Of a stretch of 53,958 nucleotides of DNA, positions 1 to 13,257 are shown piece by piece. The notes below the pieces were generated by a model, which had not been told where the DNA came from, did not search any database, and saw nothing but the letters and a program-made list of their open reading frames with translations. Origin of the DNA: Octopus bimaculoides (taxonomy: Eukaryota); assembly GCF_001194135.2 (NCBI RefSeq), contig NC_068993.1, positions 5,232,008-5,285,965 on the forward strand, in the 5' to 3' direction. How positions within the stretch are numbered: the stretch's first letter is position 1; the number at the start of each line of letters is the position of its first letter. Position numbers and translations under genes: made by a program.

Positions 1-39
1 GTAAATCGTAGGAATACGAAAATTCTTTTACTGAAAAAT

Positions 40-110
40 TGCCAGTGGGGCGGGGGGGGGGGAGAGAAATTCATTGCATGCCCAACCTCGGAAGTCACCG
101 CACGCCACTG
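40..110 (-). mobile_element. Possible hAT-like MITE terminus
   Basis: Minus strand begins cagtggcgtgcgg at 110, directly against (AT)n; partner end not in the window. Confidence 0.25.
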
Positions 111-582
111 ATATATATATATATATATGAAAAGAAATTTCTCGTATGTAAATAACTGAAACTATTTAATAACAACATTTTGTTCATAAATTCGTTTTAA
201 CATACATTTATCCACACTAGCATGGGTTTGGTGAATATATTATTGAGATATTGTTTTACAGCTGAACACCTTTCTTGTTGCTCAACCTTGCCTGATTTTT
301 CAGATAAGGAATTTACCCTTTCACATGTCTGCAAAGGCACAAGACCAAGAGATGATTTCGTTAACAGGTGAAATGATATAAGGAACACTTGTTCATGGCT
401 CAACTTTTACAGACAAATACAAATGTCATCAAACAACCAAACACAGACACACACATATTTACACACACACACACAAGTATGCACATGACAGGCTTTTTTT
501 CAGCTTTTGTCTACTTAATTCATATCCAAGCTTTAGTAGAGATACTTGGTAAAGAAAAGGTAAAGTTATCTTCTTGAGTCAT

Positions 583-690
583 GTAGATTCATAAGGGCAG
601 GTTTCCTGGTTTCCACAGCATATAAAATCCCCACCTGGATGGGACGCCAGTCCTTTGCCCGACTAACTCACTTTTGCCAGCTGAGTGACC
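583..690 (-). mobile_element. SINE-C-like 3' fragment
   Basis: Shares ggtttcc..ctggatggga..cttttgccagctgagtg with 29050-29135. Confidence 0.55.
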
Positions 691-763
691 ATCCAGCATA
701 CTAACAATTCTGCCACCTTAGATGATGCTCATGATCATGATCATGATCATGATGAGGATAATG

Positions 764-796
<33 letters not shown>

Positions 797-2485
797 GTAA
801 CAATAATAGTTAAACAAACATTCCAGTTAGTAGAATAATTAAAATATAAATACGATAGGGCCTTACATTTGTAACATAATGAGTTAAAAAACTTCAAATA
901 AATTAGATTATTCAAGCAATTAGTAAACAAAAATGTTTTCTAGTGGTACCTAAAACCTAATGAAAAGAAAAAAAGGTGGGGGAGAGAAATGCAACAAGAT
1001 CAGTTGATTGATATGTGGCTATTCATCAGATAAAGAAATCGGAATACTTGGAAATAAAATTGCTTGTTATGTAATAGAATAAAGAAATTAACAGAACCAA
1101 GGAATAAGTAAAGAATAGTAGTTACAATAAAGAGAATATAGGAATAAAAATAATACATTTTAGAGGAGATGCAAATGTGAATGAGAATGGTGGAATGGGC
1201 AGAACAGTTGTTTGTCCAAAATAAAATAGTGCTGTCTTAGAAAGAACAATATAATCGATTGTACGACAAAAATGTAGCATGAATGAAAATAACCGATCAG
1301 TAAAGATGATGGATAAGAAAAAAAAATAGAAAAATAAATAAATAAAGGAGAAAAAGAAAACAGGAAAATTCTTCGGCTTAAACTTGAATCCAATAAGAAA
1401 CATAAAAATATGTCTTTTGAAACGAACAAAAGATGTAAGTAATCAGTGTGATAGCTTTGAACTGTCTTCTGACATGTGACCTTTGCCCTTTTCACTCACA
1501 TAGTTCGGAAGCGATCTGATCACTGCTACAATGATTGGTGCACATTTTGGCATCACTGAGTACATTGAATGAATTCGTGGTTTTCGCTTGTTGGAAAATA
1601 ATCTGTATAAAAGCCACTATGACAATACATGATAAAATCAATAATCCCAGTCAAATATGCATTATATCTAATTACCAAAGGGAAGCAAATGGAAGTTTCT
1701 AGATTGCAGACGAAAGACAACATCCCTGGACATTGTGCGTTTAGTTATGAAAGTCACACAGACCAGAGCTGTTGGCTGGGGGTGGGCACTGGTTGGGGGG
1801 ATGTCGGTGTTAATGTACCGAAGGCTTTGAGGAGAAAATTGTTATTCAGAAATTTTATTTAATTCATACGATCTATCACGCATTATCTTTACGACTGCCT
1901 ACATCCTACTCCAATTTCCTGTTTTTCATTATATATGCATATGTATGTATGTATGTATGTGTACATATATGTAAATATACATGCACACATACAAACATAT
2001 ACATATAGAGAGACTGAGACAAACAGAGACATGTGTGTGTGTGTGTGTGTGTGTGTGTATGGAGGTATTATGCTGTGTTTTGCTTCACATTTTTTGTTCA
2101 CTTAATATTGTTCTTAGTGTTGTTATAGTTTCTCTGTTGTTTCTTGTTTTTCCTTTTCTTTTTGCCCATTTACCAATAGATATCTGCCAATCTGTCACTA
2201 GTTTTACTTAATATCCTAATCCTCCTTATTTATCCTCCAACTCTTTTAGCACTGCTTCCACCCCGACCCTTGTCTTCTGTCATTCATTCTCTCTCTCACT
2301 CCAAGTATGTCTATATACATACATTTATATATACATTTATATTATATATATATATGGATATATCCATATATAGATATATATCATGTTTCCATTTTATTCC
2401 CTCTCTCTTTCTCTCTCTCACATTTTAACTAAGCTCATAAACATAAATGTATGTGTAAGTGTATGTGTGAGTGTGTGTATGAGTA

Positions 2486-2528
<43 letters not shown>

Positions 2529-2560
2529 TGCTTCTATTCTTATTCTCTCTCTCTTTCTCT

Positions 2561-2605
<45 letters not shown>

Positions 2606-2994
2606 ACTTTCTTACTCCCTCTAGCTCTCTTCTACTACCAATTTCATACTTCACTATTCCGAACAATTAAAAACAGTCAGCAGACTACATTGATAATTTG
2701 AAGAATTTACACCTGATACCAAATTCCTTAGAGCTAGAAATAGTATTGCTTAATGTTGCATGCTTAGCAGATCAGATTGAAGAACTATCGGAATAAATTG
2801 GCCATATCTACTGCACATACTTAACAAGACTTTCGATGACTAAGCCAAGAGTTCACAAAAGACTAAGTCTACTAATGAAGTAGAGGGAACTATCATTAAA
2901 TAAATACAATTATTTCAGAATTAGTTTATTGCACCAACACTCTTATTCATCAAACAACTTGACAATACCATTTGTTGCATTCCGTAACATGTGC

Positions 2995-3091
2995 TCTGTG
3001 TGTGTGTGAGTGTGTGTGTGTGTGTGTATGTGTGTGTGTGTTTGTGTGCATATTTGTGTATGCATGTGCGTGTGTGTGTATATATATCTTC

Positions 3092-3137
<46 letters not shown>

Positions 3138-3200
3138 ATATATTCATATATATATATAAATATATATATATGATGATATATATATATATCTGTATGTATA

Positions 3201-3286
<86 letters not shown>

Positions 3287-3540
3287 ATATATATATGCGT
3301 ATGTATATATATGCATACACACTGGCACATACATACGTAATGTACATGTATATATGTAAATATATGTGTGTGTGTGTGTGTGTGCACATATGTATCTACA
3401 CATTCATATAACATATATGCATATATAAATACATGTGTGTGTGTGTGTTTACGCATGCATTTATATAAACACATACACACATTCATGCACACATACACAC
3501 ATATACACACATACACACAAACGCATATCCCACGCATATA
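2995..3540. repeat. Compound (TG)n/(TA)n/(CA)n microsatellite block
   Basis: Direct inspection; source of ORFs 2921-3698. Confidence 0.98.
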
Positions 3541-4094
3541 TTCTGATCTACTTCAATGTCACTGAAAACAATCCAATAAATAATCTCTCTAAAGATATGG
3601 GGGTTCCATTTAGATTGGTTCTGTGCTTAAAGCGTTCTGTTTTCACGCATCACCAGGTCCACACCAGAGGTACATTTCTCAAGCATGATTCTTCTTAGAT
3701 TTAAGAGTCTTTCTCTATCTGCTTTCAAAGAACTCTGAGATGTTTGGAACCATAATTTGGTCCATTAGATTTATTTTTCTAATATCTGATCAACCTTATT
3801 GATCACATTCATAATATTGAATAAAATTAAATCTTCAATCAAGAATGTAAGTGTTCAGTTTTATAATCGCATAGGTTTGTGTTATAAACTCAGTTATGAT
3901 TATGCGATAATAATATAAACACATATTATTCAAAGATATATCAATAATATAAAAATCAATTTTCTATTATCTACATGAATGCAAGCAACATTTTGATAGA
4001 CAATCTTGTTGATAGCTTTCACCGAAAATTTCATAGTGACCAATTTAGTGTGATTCTTAACAATGGATAAGCTTGTTTGACTGAGGTCTCCTCT

Positions 4095-4269
4095 ATCATC
4101 ACCATCGTCGTCGTCGTCAACATCATCATCGTCATCATTATCATCATCTTCACCATCATCATCATCATTATCGTTATCCTCATCAATATTACAATCATAA
4201 TCATCGTCATCATCACTACCAGCACCACTATCATCGTCGTCGTCGTCATAACCCCCCCCAACCACCATC

Positions 4270-4301
<32 letters not shown>

Positions 4302-4350
4302 CACCACCACCATNNNNNNNNNNTCGTCATAACCCCCCCCAACCACCATC

Positions 4351-4382
<32 letters not shown>

Positions 4383-4391
4383 CACCACCAC

Positions 4392-4426
<35 letters not shown>

Positions 4427-4470
4427 CTGCTGTCGTCGGTGTTGTCGTCGACGTGGTCATCATGGTCATT
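4095..4470. repeat. (ATC)n/(ACC)n/(GTC)n trinucleotide block
   Basis: Direct inspection; includes a 71-bp duplication around a 10-N gap. Confidence 0.98.
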
Positions 4471-4883
4471 GTCATTGTGTTAATGTCCACTTCTCCTTGC
4501 TTGCATGGCTCAGACATATTTTATCAAGGCAACTGTACCATTTGCTATTCCTGACATAAGAGCGACCAATTCTTTGAGGCCATAAATAATAGCACTTGCT
4601 ATGCATAACTGATGAAGCATAACAATGCAGAAACACACAGCTCCTACTGTCCAGTGGTGTCATTCATTGCCTAATGGTGTGTTTACACCTATAATGAGAA
4701 TTACTTCTCTTGAGACATGACCAGTGTTTTGTCTTTCCAGGTCCAAATGTAGACAAATATGGTTAAGAAGAATGTATTCAATTATATTCAATACATTCAA
4801 TATTACACCTTTGATTAGTATAAAAATGCAATAATTTATAAATATANNNNNNNNNNATATATATATATTCATATATATACAGA

Positions 4884-5258
4884 CATCGCTATGGTAAGAA
4901 ATCTGCTTCCCAACCTTATGTTTCCAGGTTCAGCCCTACTACATGGCATCTTAGATAAGGGTCTTCTGCTATAGGCTCAGACCAACCAAAGCCTTGTAAA
5001 TAGATTTGGTAGATGGAAACTGAAAGAAACCTGTCGTATATGTGTGTGTGTGTTTGTGTGTCTGCGTTTGTTCCCCATCACCACTTGACTACTGGTGTTG
5101 GTGTGTTTACATCCCCATAACTAAGTGGTTTAGCAAAAGAGACCGATAGAATAAGTACCTGGCTTTCCAATATATCCATTCTTCTAAAATTCTTCATGGC
5201 AGTGCCCCAGCATGGCCACAGTCTAATGACTGGAACAAATGAAAGCTAAAACGTAAAA
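4884..5258 (+). mobile_element. SINE-A, near full length (tRNA-like head, CORE-like box, internal TA/TG tract, 3' half)
   Basis: Colinear with the other copies: ggtaagaa..gcttcccaacc, ggttcag.ccc, gatttggtagatggaaactgaaagaa, (TG)n, ccacttgac..ggtgttggtgtgtttac, aaaagagaccgatagaataagtacc, gccccagcatggccacagtc. Confidence 0.9.
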
Positions 5259-5409
5259 TATCATTATTATATATGTAAAAGTTATAAATATATAAATATT
5301 ATAATTAATAATTAACAATTAGCCCAGTTAACTCATTGCACTTCCTTAAGCATTAATCCTAATTATTTTGACTGTAAACATAATCCTATTTTTTTCAACT
5401 ATATGTTTC

Positions 5410-5965
5410 GTACCCTCTCACACATACACACAAATACACACACACATACATACAAGCATAGACACACATACACACACATATGCACACATGCACACTCAAA
5501 CTTACATACATGCATATACACACATACATACACTACATAGACACATACACGCATACATGCACACACTTACACACATGTACTTACATACATGTACATACAC
5601 ACATACACACACAGGCACACTCTTACATACACACACTTACATACACACACATACACACACATACACAGACACACATACATGCATATACACACACTTACAT
5701 ACACACACACATACATATGCACACTTACACACACATACTTACATACATGTACATACACACACACACACAGAGGCACCTTCTTACATACATACATACATAC
5801 ACAGACACACATACACGCATATACATACACACACACATACACACACTTACACACACACACACACTTACATACACACACACTTACATACACACACACACAT
5901 GCACATATACACCCATGTACATAACACACCCATGTACATGACACACCCATGTACATAACACACAC
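5410..5965. repeat. Cryptic (CA/TA)-rich satellite ending in a 17-bp x3 minisatellite
   Basis: acacacccatgtacat(a/g) repeated three times at ~5907-5957. Confidence 0.95.
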
Positions 5966-6560
5966 CTGAGCGCCCACAATGCTGGCTAGAACATAAGCGT
6001 AAAGAGAAATTAATGCAGATATCAACTATTTACACATGTTTTAAGAGGGTGGATATGAAATGCTTTTATCAAACAATATCGCTGTGAAGAGTAAATAAAA
6101 CACAATCCATAAAGTTTTGTTATTTTATCAGCACGAAATCAAACAAGGACCATATATCGAAATATCTTGTGATTTTAATAATGTAAAGATTTTATGAAAT
6201 TCCTCTTTCTAATTCCTGATATAACATTCAGTTTCGAATATGTTCCAAGCTTTCATTCTGCTTAACAGCTTTTAACATCAGTCCAGTACAGATCTTATCT
6301 AACCCAATTTTCAAAGAAATCTATATAGATTATATGTTATTATTAAATCAGAATCAATCTGTCTATAAAACAAGGAAGTAACATGGTTATTAAATATAGT
6401 GTGTGGACGATTATAATGCAGTAAATAGCAACATTAAAGAAAACTTTTATGTTTATATAATGCTATAATATTTTTATAATTTACTAAATGTGAGCAAGAT
6501 TGACATAGGATAGAATCAAAGCGGACATACTGTTGTGGAGTACTCTAAAGACATACCCCC

Positions 6561-6716
6561 ATATGTGGCTGGGCAGTAAGAAGTTTGCTTCCATGACACA
6601 TGCTTCTGGGTTCAGTCCCACTGTGTGGCACCTTGGGCAAGTATCATCTACTAAAGCCTCGGGCAAACCAAAGTCTTGTGTGTGGACTTCGTAGATGGAA
6701 ACTGAATGAATCCTGT

Positions 6717-6761
<45 letters not shown>

Positions 6762-6986
6762 CTGTGTGTGTGTCTTTGTGTCTGTGTTGGTCCCCTCCTC
6801 CACCACCTGACAACCGGTGTTGGTGTGTTTCTGTCCCTGTAGCTTAGCAGTTCAGCAAAAGAGAATGATGGAAAAAGTAGCAGATTTAAAGCATATGTAC
6901 CAGGGGTCGATACGTTCAACTAAAATTCTTTAAGGCAGTGCCCCAGCATAGCCACAATCTGTCTAAAACAAGTAAAAGATAAAAAA
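6561..6986 (+). mobile_element. SINE-A full length
   Basis: Head tgtggctgggcagtaagaag..gggttcagtccc, CORE-like caccttgggcaagt, internal (TA)n 6717-6760, same 3' half as other copies. Confidence 0.92.
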
Positions 6987-7064
6987 TATGAAGATACCTT
7001 ACTAGAATACAACTTGAATACTGATACAGCCCTCTCAATCTATTTTCTCTTATTCATACATACA

Positions 7065-7097
<33 letters not shown>

Positions 7098-7124
7098 GTA
7101 TATATATATATGTATGTATGTATA

Positions 7125-7361
7125 CAGGTTGGCCCAAAAGTAGGTTTACAGTAATCACATAGGCACTTTAAATTTCTTTTAAAATATTTTATTGCATTTA
7201 AATTTCTATTTTACAAACTGAAAAGGGAGCTTGACAAAATTAACTAAATTAATGTAGAATAATGGTTTCATATTTTTTTTTATAATTAAGATGTAAACTG
7301 TTAATATATGAATGTGAAAGAGATAGTTGAATAGCTGTAAACTTACTTTTGGGCTACCCTG
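7125..7361. mobile_element. Tc1/mariner-type MITE (237 bp)
   Basis: 27-bp TIRs caggttggcccaaaagtaggtttacag (7125-7151) and ctgtaaacttacttttgggctaccctg (7335-7361), 24/27 match; TA on the left, TG(TA) on the right; AT-rich non-coding interior. Confidence 0.85.
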
Positions 7362-7365
7362 TGTA

Positions 7366-7633
7366 TTATCGAGATGTATCTACATAGCAAATGATTTGAT
7401 CTGAGATTGTGTGCTGAAACAAAAACAATTGCAGTGTGGAAGATGTTTGCAAGCCATTCAAGAACACACAAAAACCGTTAGTTTCACTTCAACATTTAAA
7501 TTTTATTTGTGTCAAAATATTTCAAAGCGACAAAAATATTTTGACAAAAATAAAATTTAAATGTTGAAGTGAAACTAACGGTTTTTGTGTGTTCTTGAAT
7601 AGCTTACAAACATATTCCAAGCTGCAATTGTTT
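7366..7633. repeat. Long foldback, ~100-bp arms with 11-nt spacer; possibly a Penelope-like inverted terminal repeat remnant
   Basis: 7423-7522 is the near-perfect reverse complement of 7534-7633; spacer caaagcgacaa. The inverted repeat is seen directly; the PLE origin is inferred. Confidence 0.8.
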
Positions 7634-7685
7634 ATATATACATACNNNNNNNNNNNNNNNNNNNNNNNNNNNNNNNNNNNNNNNN

Positions 7686-8863
7686 GGCTATTGAGAATGA
7701 AATATCTGATTTTCTTATGCACCGAATTTGACAGCCATTAACTCAAATGTTTTATTCTGACAATTCTTTGTTTTACAACATTGAAGAGTTACATAATCAC
7801 TTTTCGAAATGCAATTCATGGTGTTTGATTATATTGTGTGTTTTCTCTTGTAAATCAATTTTTGTGAACCCATGGATAGATAAAAAATTTGTGTTGTTTA
7901 TGAATATGAGTTCCATCATGAAACTCTTGAAAATGAGCCCCGTGGTAGACCTGAGACCAAGATGGATAATGATGAGCTGGAAACTGTAGTGGAGGTGGAT
8001 ACATCTCAAATTATGCATGAGTTAGCAGCGAGGTTTAATGTTTCGATTCCAACTGTATTGGACCATCTGAAACAAATCGGCAAGGTAAAGAAGCTGGACA
8101 AGTGGGTACCACACGAACTGAAGAAGCATCAAATGACACGTCGTCTTTGCTGTTTTTTGCTGTCACAGCATAAAAGCGAACCATTTTTGCATTATATTGT
8201 TAAATGGGATGAAAATTGAATTCTTTTCAACAATAGCAAGCATTCTGCATGGTTATTGGATAGAGAGAAAGTGCCAAAACACAATCTAAAAAAGAATATT
8301 CACCAAAAAAGAGCTAATGATGTCTTTTTGATTTACCAGGTCTCATGAAACTGGTGTCATCCACTACAGCTTCATGAGACCTGGTTTGTCAATTACAACA
8401 GATGTATACATCAGCCAATTGGATGAAATGATGAGTGAAGTTGCAATTAAACAACCGATATTGGTCAATAGAGACAGATCAATTTTCTTGCAAGACAATG
8501 CTTGACCACATGTTGCACAAAGAACGCTACTCAAGTTACAGGAACTGAACTTAGAAGTACTCTGTCAGTCACTATATTCGCCAGACCTTGCACTAAATGA
8601 CTATCACATTTTCCAGGCATTAGAAAACTTCTTGCAAGGAAAAAACTTTAAATCTGAACAAGATGCAAAAACAGCCTTTCATGATTTCATCACCTTTTGC
8701 TCTCCAGGATTCTTCACTGCTGGCATAAATAAGCTACCAATAAAATGGCAAAATTATGTTGATAATTTAGGTGCATACTTTGATTAACTGCATTGCTTTT
8801 TGTTCAGATAAAGTAAAATAAACTTTCAATTCAAAATCAGACATTTTATTCTTAATGACCTGA
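7686..8863 (+). mobile_element. Mariner (Tc1/mariner, D,D34D) DNA transposon, full-length but decayed
   Basis: TIRs: left ggctattgagaatgaaatatctgatttt (7686-7713, outer bases lost in the N gap) vs reverse complement of right TIR 8833-8863, 23/28 identical; TA follows at 8864-8865; internal transposase relic. Confidence 0.95.
7872..8787 (+). pseudogene. Mariner transposase pseudogene (stops, frameshifts, N-terminal in-frame deletion)
   Basis: Translation gives MDR*KICVVYEYEFHHETLENEPRGRPETKMDNDEL...KKLDKWVPHEL, then KWDEN*ILFNN (first D), LQDNA*PH (second D), YSPDLALNDYH (third D, 34 residues after the second), and ends ...INKLPIKWQNYVDNLGAYFD*. WVPHEL and YSPDLAP are the canonical mariner motifs. 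Confidence 0.95.
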
Positions 8864-8871
8864 TATAAACA

Positions 8872-8918
<47 letters not shown>

Positions 8919-8933
8919 ATATATATGTTTATA

Positions 8934-8966
<33 letters not shown>

Positions 8967-10427
8967 GTACATTATAATGGATATTTACTAATCTTGAAGA
9001 CGTTTCCATTTCATGAGAATTCTGTATATTCTTTAACTAATGAAATAACTACCAGAACTTGAACTCTCATCACAACTCGTGCTGATCTCATATCAGTGAA
9101 ATACATGATATAACTAATATGAAGCTGGACAAATTAATTAATTGCCAATTTCCTCTCTAATATTTCAACCTCAAAGCATTTAATCTTGGGCATGGCTTCT
9201 CTTTCACTGCCTTATAATTATATTGATTTTTTTTTAGCAGAAATATTTTTCTCATTTTTATTTTTATCTTTATTTATTNNNNNNNNNNTTTTTTTTTTTT
9301 TTTTTTTTTTTTTTTTTTCTTTTCTATTTTTGCATCTGTCTTAGAATTAGGTTTGCAGAACAAACCAATGTCTTCGTCATCTTCTTGATTTAGAATTGTG
9401 AATTAATGAATAATCAATACATAAGAGGAAGAGTTAGATGAAAATATAAATTGATCTTACAAACGAGGATTATATGTATATATGTATGTTGGGGTGGATG
9501 GCTGATTAGAGAACAGATTGGAAACTAATTAGATTTAATAATTCACCACATATGTGAATATTGTGATAATACACACACACACACACACATGTACACATGT
9601 GCACGCATCCTATGCACACTAACACATTCACACACATGCATTCACACACTAACACACTCACATACACACACATGTGCAGGCGTACACACATTCACAGCAT
9701 CTTTTAGTGAGTTATTTATGATGGATTTTAGAGTTTAGAACAATTGATGCTTGCTTAATAGCCCCCAACCGATGCCAATACGGTTCTCATGATGAAAGAT
9801 GTCTTGAAAATGGATGCATTTAATTTGCTGAGTTTGGTTGAAATATTTGTTGGAGTTCAGTAATTGTCGATCATTGTAGAACGCTGCATAGACATCCCCA
9901 CCACTTCTCAAAGTTGTCACATCAACCAAACATTTCTACACCAATTAAAAAGTGCTGTCATGACAGAAGACATGTAGAATAGTTGGTTCAAAGAACTGAT
10001 GCAAGTTTGACAGAGATACTTACCATCCTCTGGTCTAATTGCCATAACAGTTGATTAGATACTGAAGTAAGCCACAGAAGGAGCATACGGGGTAAAATAT
10101 TATACATTCCATGCAATTTGGAATCATCATTCATTCCTCCATTTGTTCAGTTTCACATCTGCTTTTTTATGCTTGCATGAGTTAGAGGAATGTTTTACTG
10201 AAGCATTGTTTTAAAGACGGACGCTCTTCCTGTCAGTTACCTTCCAATGTTTTTCAAAGATGGAATCTTTTATTCTATAGGTTTTTGTATGTGCTAAGGC
10301 AGTGGAAGATTTGTTGACTGCAGAAACAACAATATCACTGCTTGTTGCTCTACAATTTATAGAGAAGCACAAATGTAGACAAGCATACAGATATATGCAT
10401 ACACACACACAAACACACACACACAGA

Positions 10428-10540
10428 GTTTCTGTTCATCTCTGTCTATGAATTCCACTAGCAAGGCTTTGGTTAACCAGACTATAGCAGAAGAAATTTA
10501 CCTAAGGTGACATGCAGTGGGACCAAACCTAAAACTTCAT
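10428..10540 (-). mobile_element. SINE-A 5' half, degenerate
   Basis: Reverse complement of the left half: caaggctttggt..ctatagcagaaga..cctaaggtgacatgcagtgggac. Confidence 0.7.
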
Positions 10541-11380
10541 ATTCCGGGATAATAGACATACACATGCATATATACACAAATGTATATATACACACACACA
10601 CACATATAAATATACATACACATGTATATATGTGTGTGTGCGTGTGTGTGTGTATATACATAGAGAGATAAATAGGTAGATACATACATCTATACATACA
10701 TGCATACATACACCCCAGTGAAGGAAAAGGAAAATGTGTATATACTTACAAACATCCACATATATGACAGCTCATGTGTTTAAGCGTGTCAGTGTGTGTA
10801 TGATGTCTTTATACATACATATATACACATACATTTATACACATACATATATACACATACATTTTCATTCAGTTCTGACTATACTAAAGTTGTATTAAAT
10901 ATTGAACACAAACTAATTAATCCATATTATTTATAGAACATTACATAAATTTTCTCTCTATGTTTATTTATTGTATTTATAATTTCCCTTTGGTGTTCTT
11001 CCTGTTCAATATTAAAATCCTCATTTATTTAATTTTATTTTCCTGTTCCTGGAGGCAATTTTCTTCATATTTCATAATAAGTATTTCCTTTAAATGCAGG
11101 TGCGACTTCTCCTCTCTGTGTGTATGTGTTCTCTTGTGCACTCTTATACTGTATACCACAGATTCTAAGAAACATCCGGCAGAGGAATGAGTGCAGAATT
11201 TCTTCAGACTATAAAAAACAAAAATTACAATAAATGTATGTTCATGAGTGCTCGACTATACTTCATCAGTAAAAACCGTTAATTTGATGATTAGTAATTA
11301 TTGCAAGTTATTAAAATAAATGAAAACAGATGCAAATTATTTGTAAAAACTAGCATCAAGTATGTATGTAGACATACACC

Positions 11381-11462
<82 letters not shown>

Positions 11463-11494
11463 TATATATGTATATATATTTAGTTTTATGTATT

Positions 11495-11866
11495 ACTTTT
11501 TTATTTTGTTTCAGTCATTTGATTGCGGCCATGCTGAAGCACCACCTTTAGTCGAACAAATCGACCCCAAAACTTATTCTTTGTAAGCCTAGTACTTATT
11601 CTATCAGTCTCTTTTGCCAAAATGCTAAGTCACGGGGATGTAAGCACACCAGCATCAGTTGTGAAGCAATGGTGGGGCGACAAACACAGACACACAAACA
11701 TACACACACACATATATATACATATATATATACACGATGGGCTTCTTTCAGTTTCCGTCTACCAAACCCACTCACAAGGCTTTTGGTGGCCCAAAGCTAT
11801 AGGAGAAGACACAGGACTAAGGTACCATGCAGTGGGACTGAACCCAGAACTATGTTGTTGGGAAAC
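11495..11866 (-). mobile_element. SINE-A full length
   Basis: Reverse complement of 6561-6986, including the internal (TA/CA)n at ~11690-11735. Confidence 0.92.
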
Positions 11867-11874
11867 AATATCTG

Positions 11875-11950
11875 TCTGTCCATCTAGACAGACAGACAGA
11901 CAGATTGATGGATAGATGGATGGATGGATGGATGGATAGATGGATAGCTG

Positions 11951-12008
<58 letters not shown>

Positions 12009-12020
12009 CAGATAGATAGA
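11875..12020. repeat. Compound tetranucleotide (GACA)(GATG)(GATA)n
   Basis: Direct inspection. Confidence 0.98.
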
Positions 12021-12393
12021 GATGGAAACATATTCATAGAAAATTGAATTGAGGTAGACACTTCCACATTCATCAAATATCGCACGTTTCTTTTGTGTAA
12101 ACAAAATATGAACAAACAGAAAGATATTCTTACAGGTACCAAGAACAAAAGAAAACAAAGTGAATTGTACATATTAGACAAGGATAAATATATTTAAGGA
12201 TTAGAAGAACGCAAAAAAAAACAAACTAAAAAACACTAAAATAACAGCAACAACAACATAAACAACACCAGTGATAACAGTAACATGTACACTCTTTCAT
12301 TATACCCTGTGAAAGTCTTAAAGACTTATTTCACAACATTCCATGTTTTGTTTGATAAGCTTAGATAAATACTTGCTAAAACAGAAGAACCAC

Positions 12394-12428
<35 letters not shown>

Positions 12429-13184
12429 TATTATCATTACTACTACTACTACTGGTATTATTATTCTATTTCTTCTTTTTCCTCTTATTATTATTATTAT
12501 TATTGTTGTTGTTGTTGTTGTTGTTGTTTTTGGGGTTTTTTTTTTGTTTTTGCATGTGTAGAAATTTAGTCACTTCTTAATAATTCTGTGAGGAGCAAAA
12601 ATAAGATGACTATTATACGATACATGCTCCTTCTCTATATGGTAAACAATAATATTTATTTATTTATTTATTTATTTATTTACTTATTTATTTGTATTTT
12701 TAACTTTTGTATCAAAACATTTTTGTCTTCTGTTATAAAAGTAAAGAATTATCATTTATGTTTGTAAATAGACCTGAAAACTTTGGTATTTCAGATTCCA
12801 AATACCATATTTTCTGAAGAAAGACAAAAATAAAAAAAAAATTCAAAAATACCTAAAGAAAAAATAAATAAATAAATAAATAAATAAGCATATAAAAACA
12901 GTACAATTATTCCGATGAAAAAACAAACATTGGTAAAGTTTGGTTGGCTTTTTAAGAATCAGCTTCATATCCTGAAAGAGATTCTTTCCACTAACCACAG
13001 CAAATACTAGCTTTTAAGATGATGTCTCTATTTCTATTCTAAATAAACAGCTTTCATTTACTAAAGAAATTTCCGGATTTTTACCTTAAGTCTTCGTTTT
13101 TATTAGTTTCCATAACATTCAGAAAAACTGGAATTTATGGGGACATACTCATACACAACACATACCCAAGCACATGCACACATG

Positions 13185-13245
<61 letters not shown>

Positions 13246-13257
13246 ATACACATACAT

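Noticed and set aside
1775-1802. G-rich tract as a G-quadruplex
   Set aside because: Only three runs of three or more G, and no supporting context.
9731-9823. Plus-strand EGF-like peptide TIDACLIAPNRCQYGSHDERCLENGCI*
   Set aside because: Only four cysteines before a stop, no donor site, and no continuation in other frames.
11235-11270. Minus-strand ctgatgaag..gaac hammerhead-like motif
   Set aside because: Stem II barely pairs and GAAA is broken; at most a very old remnant.
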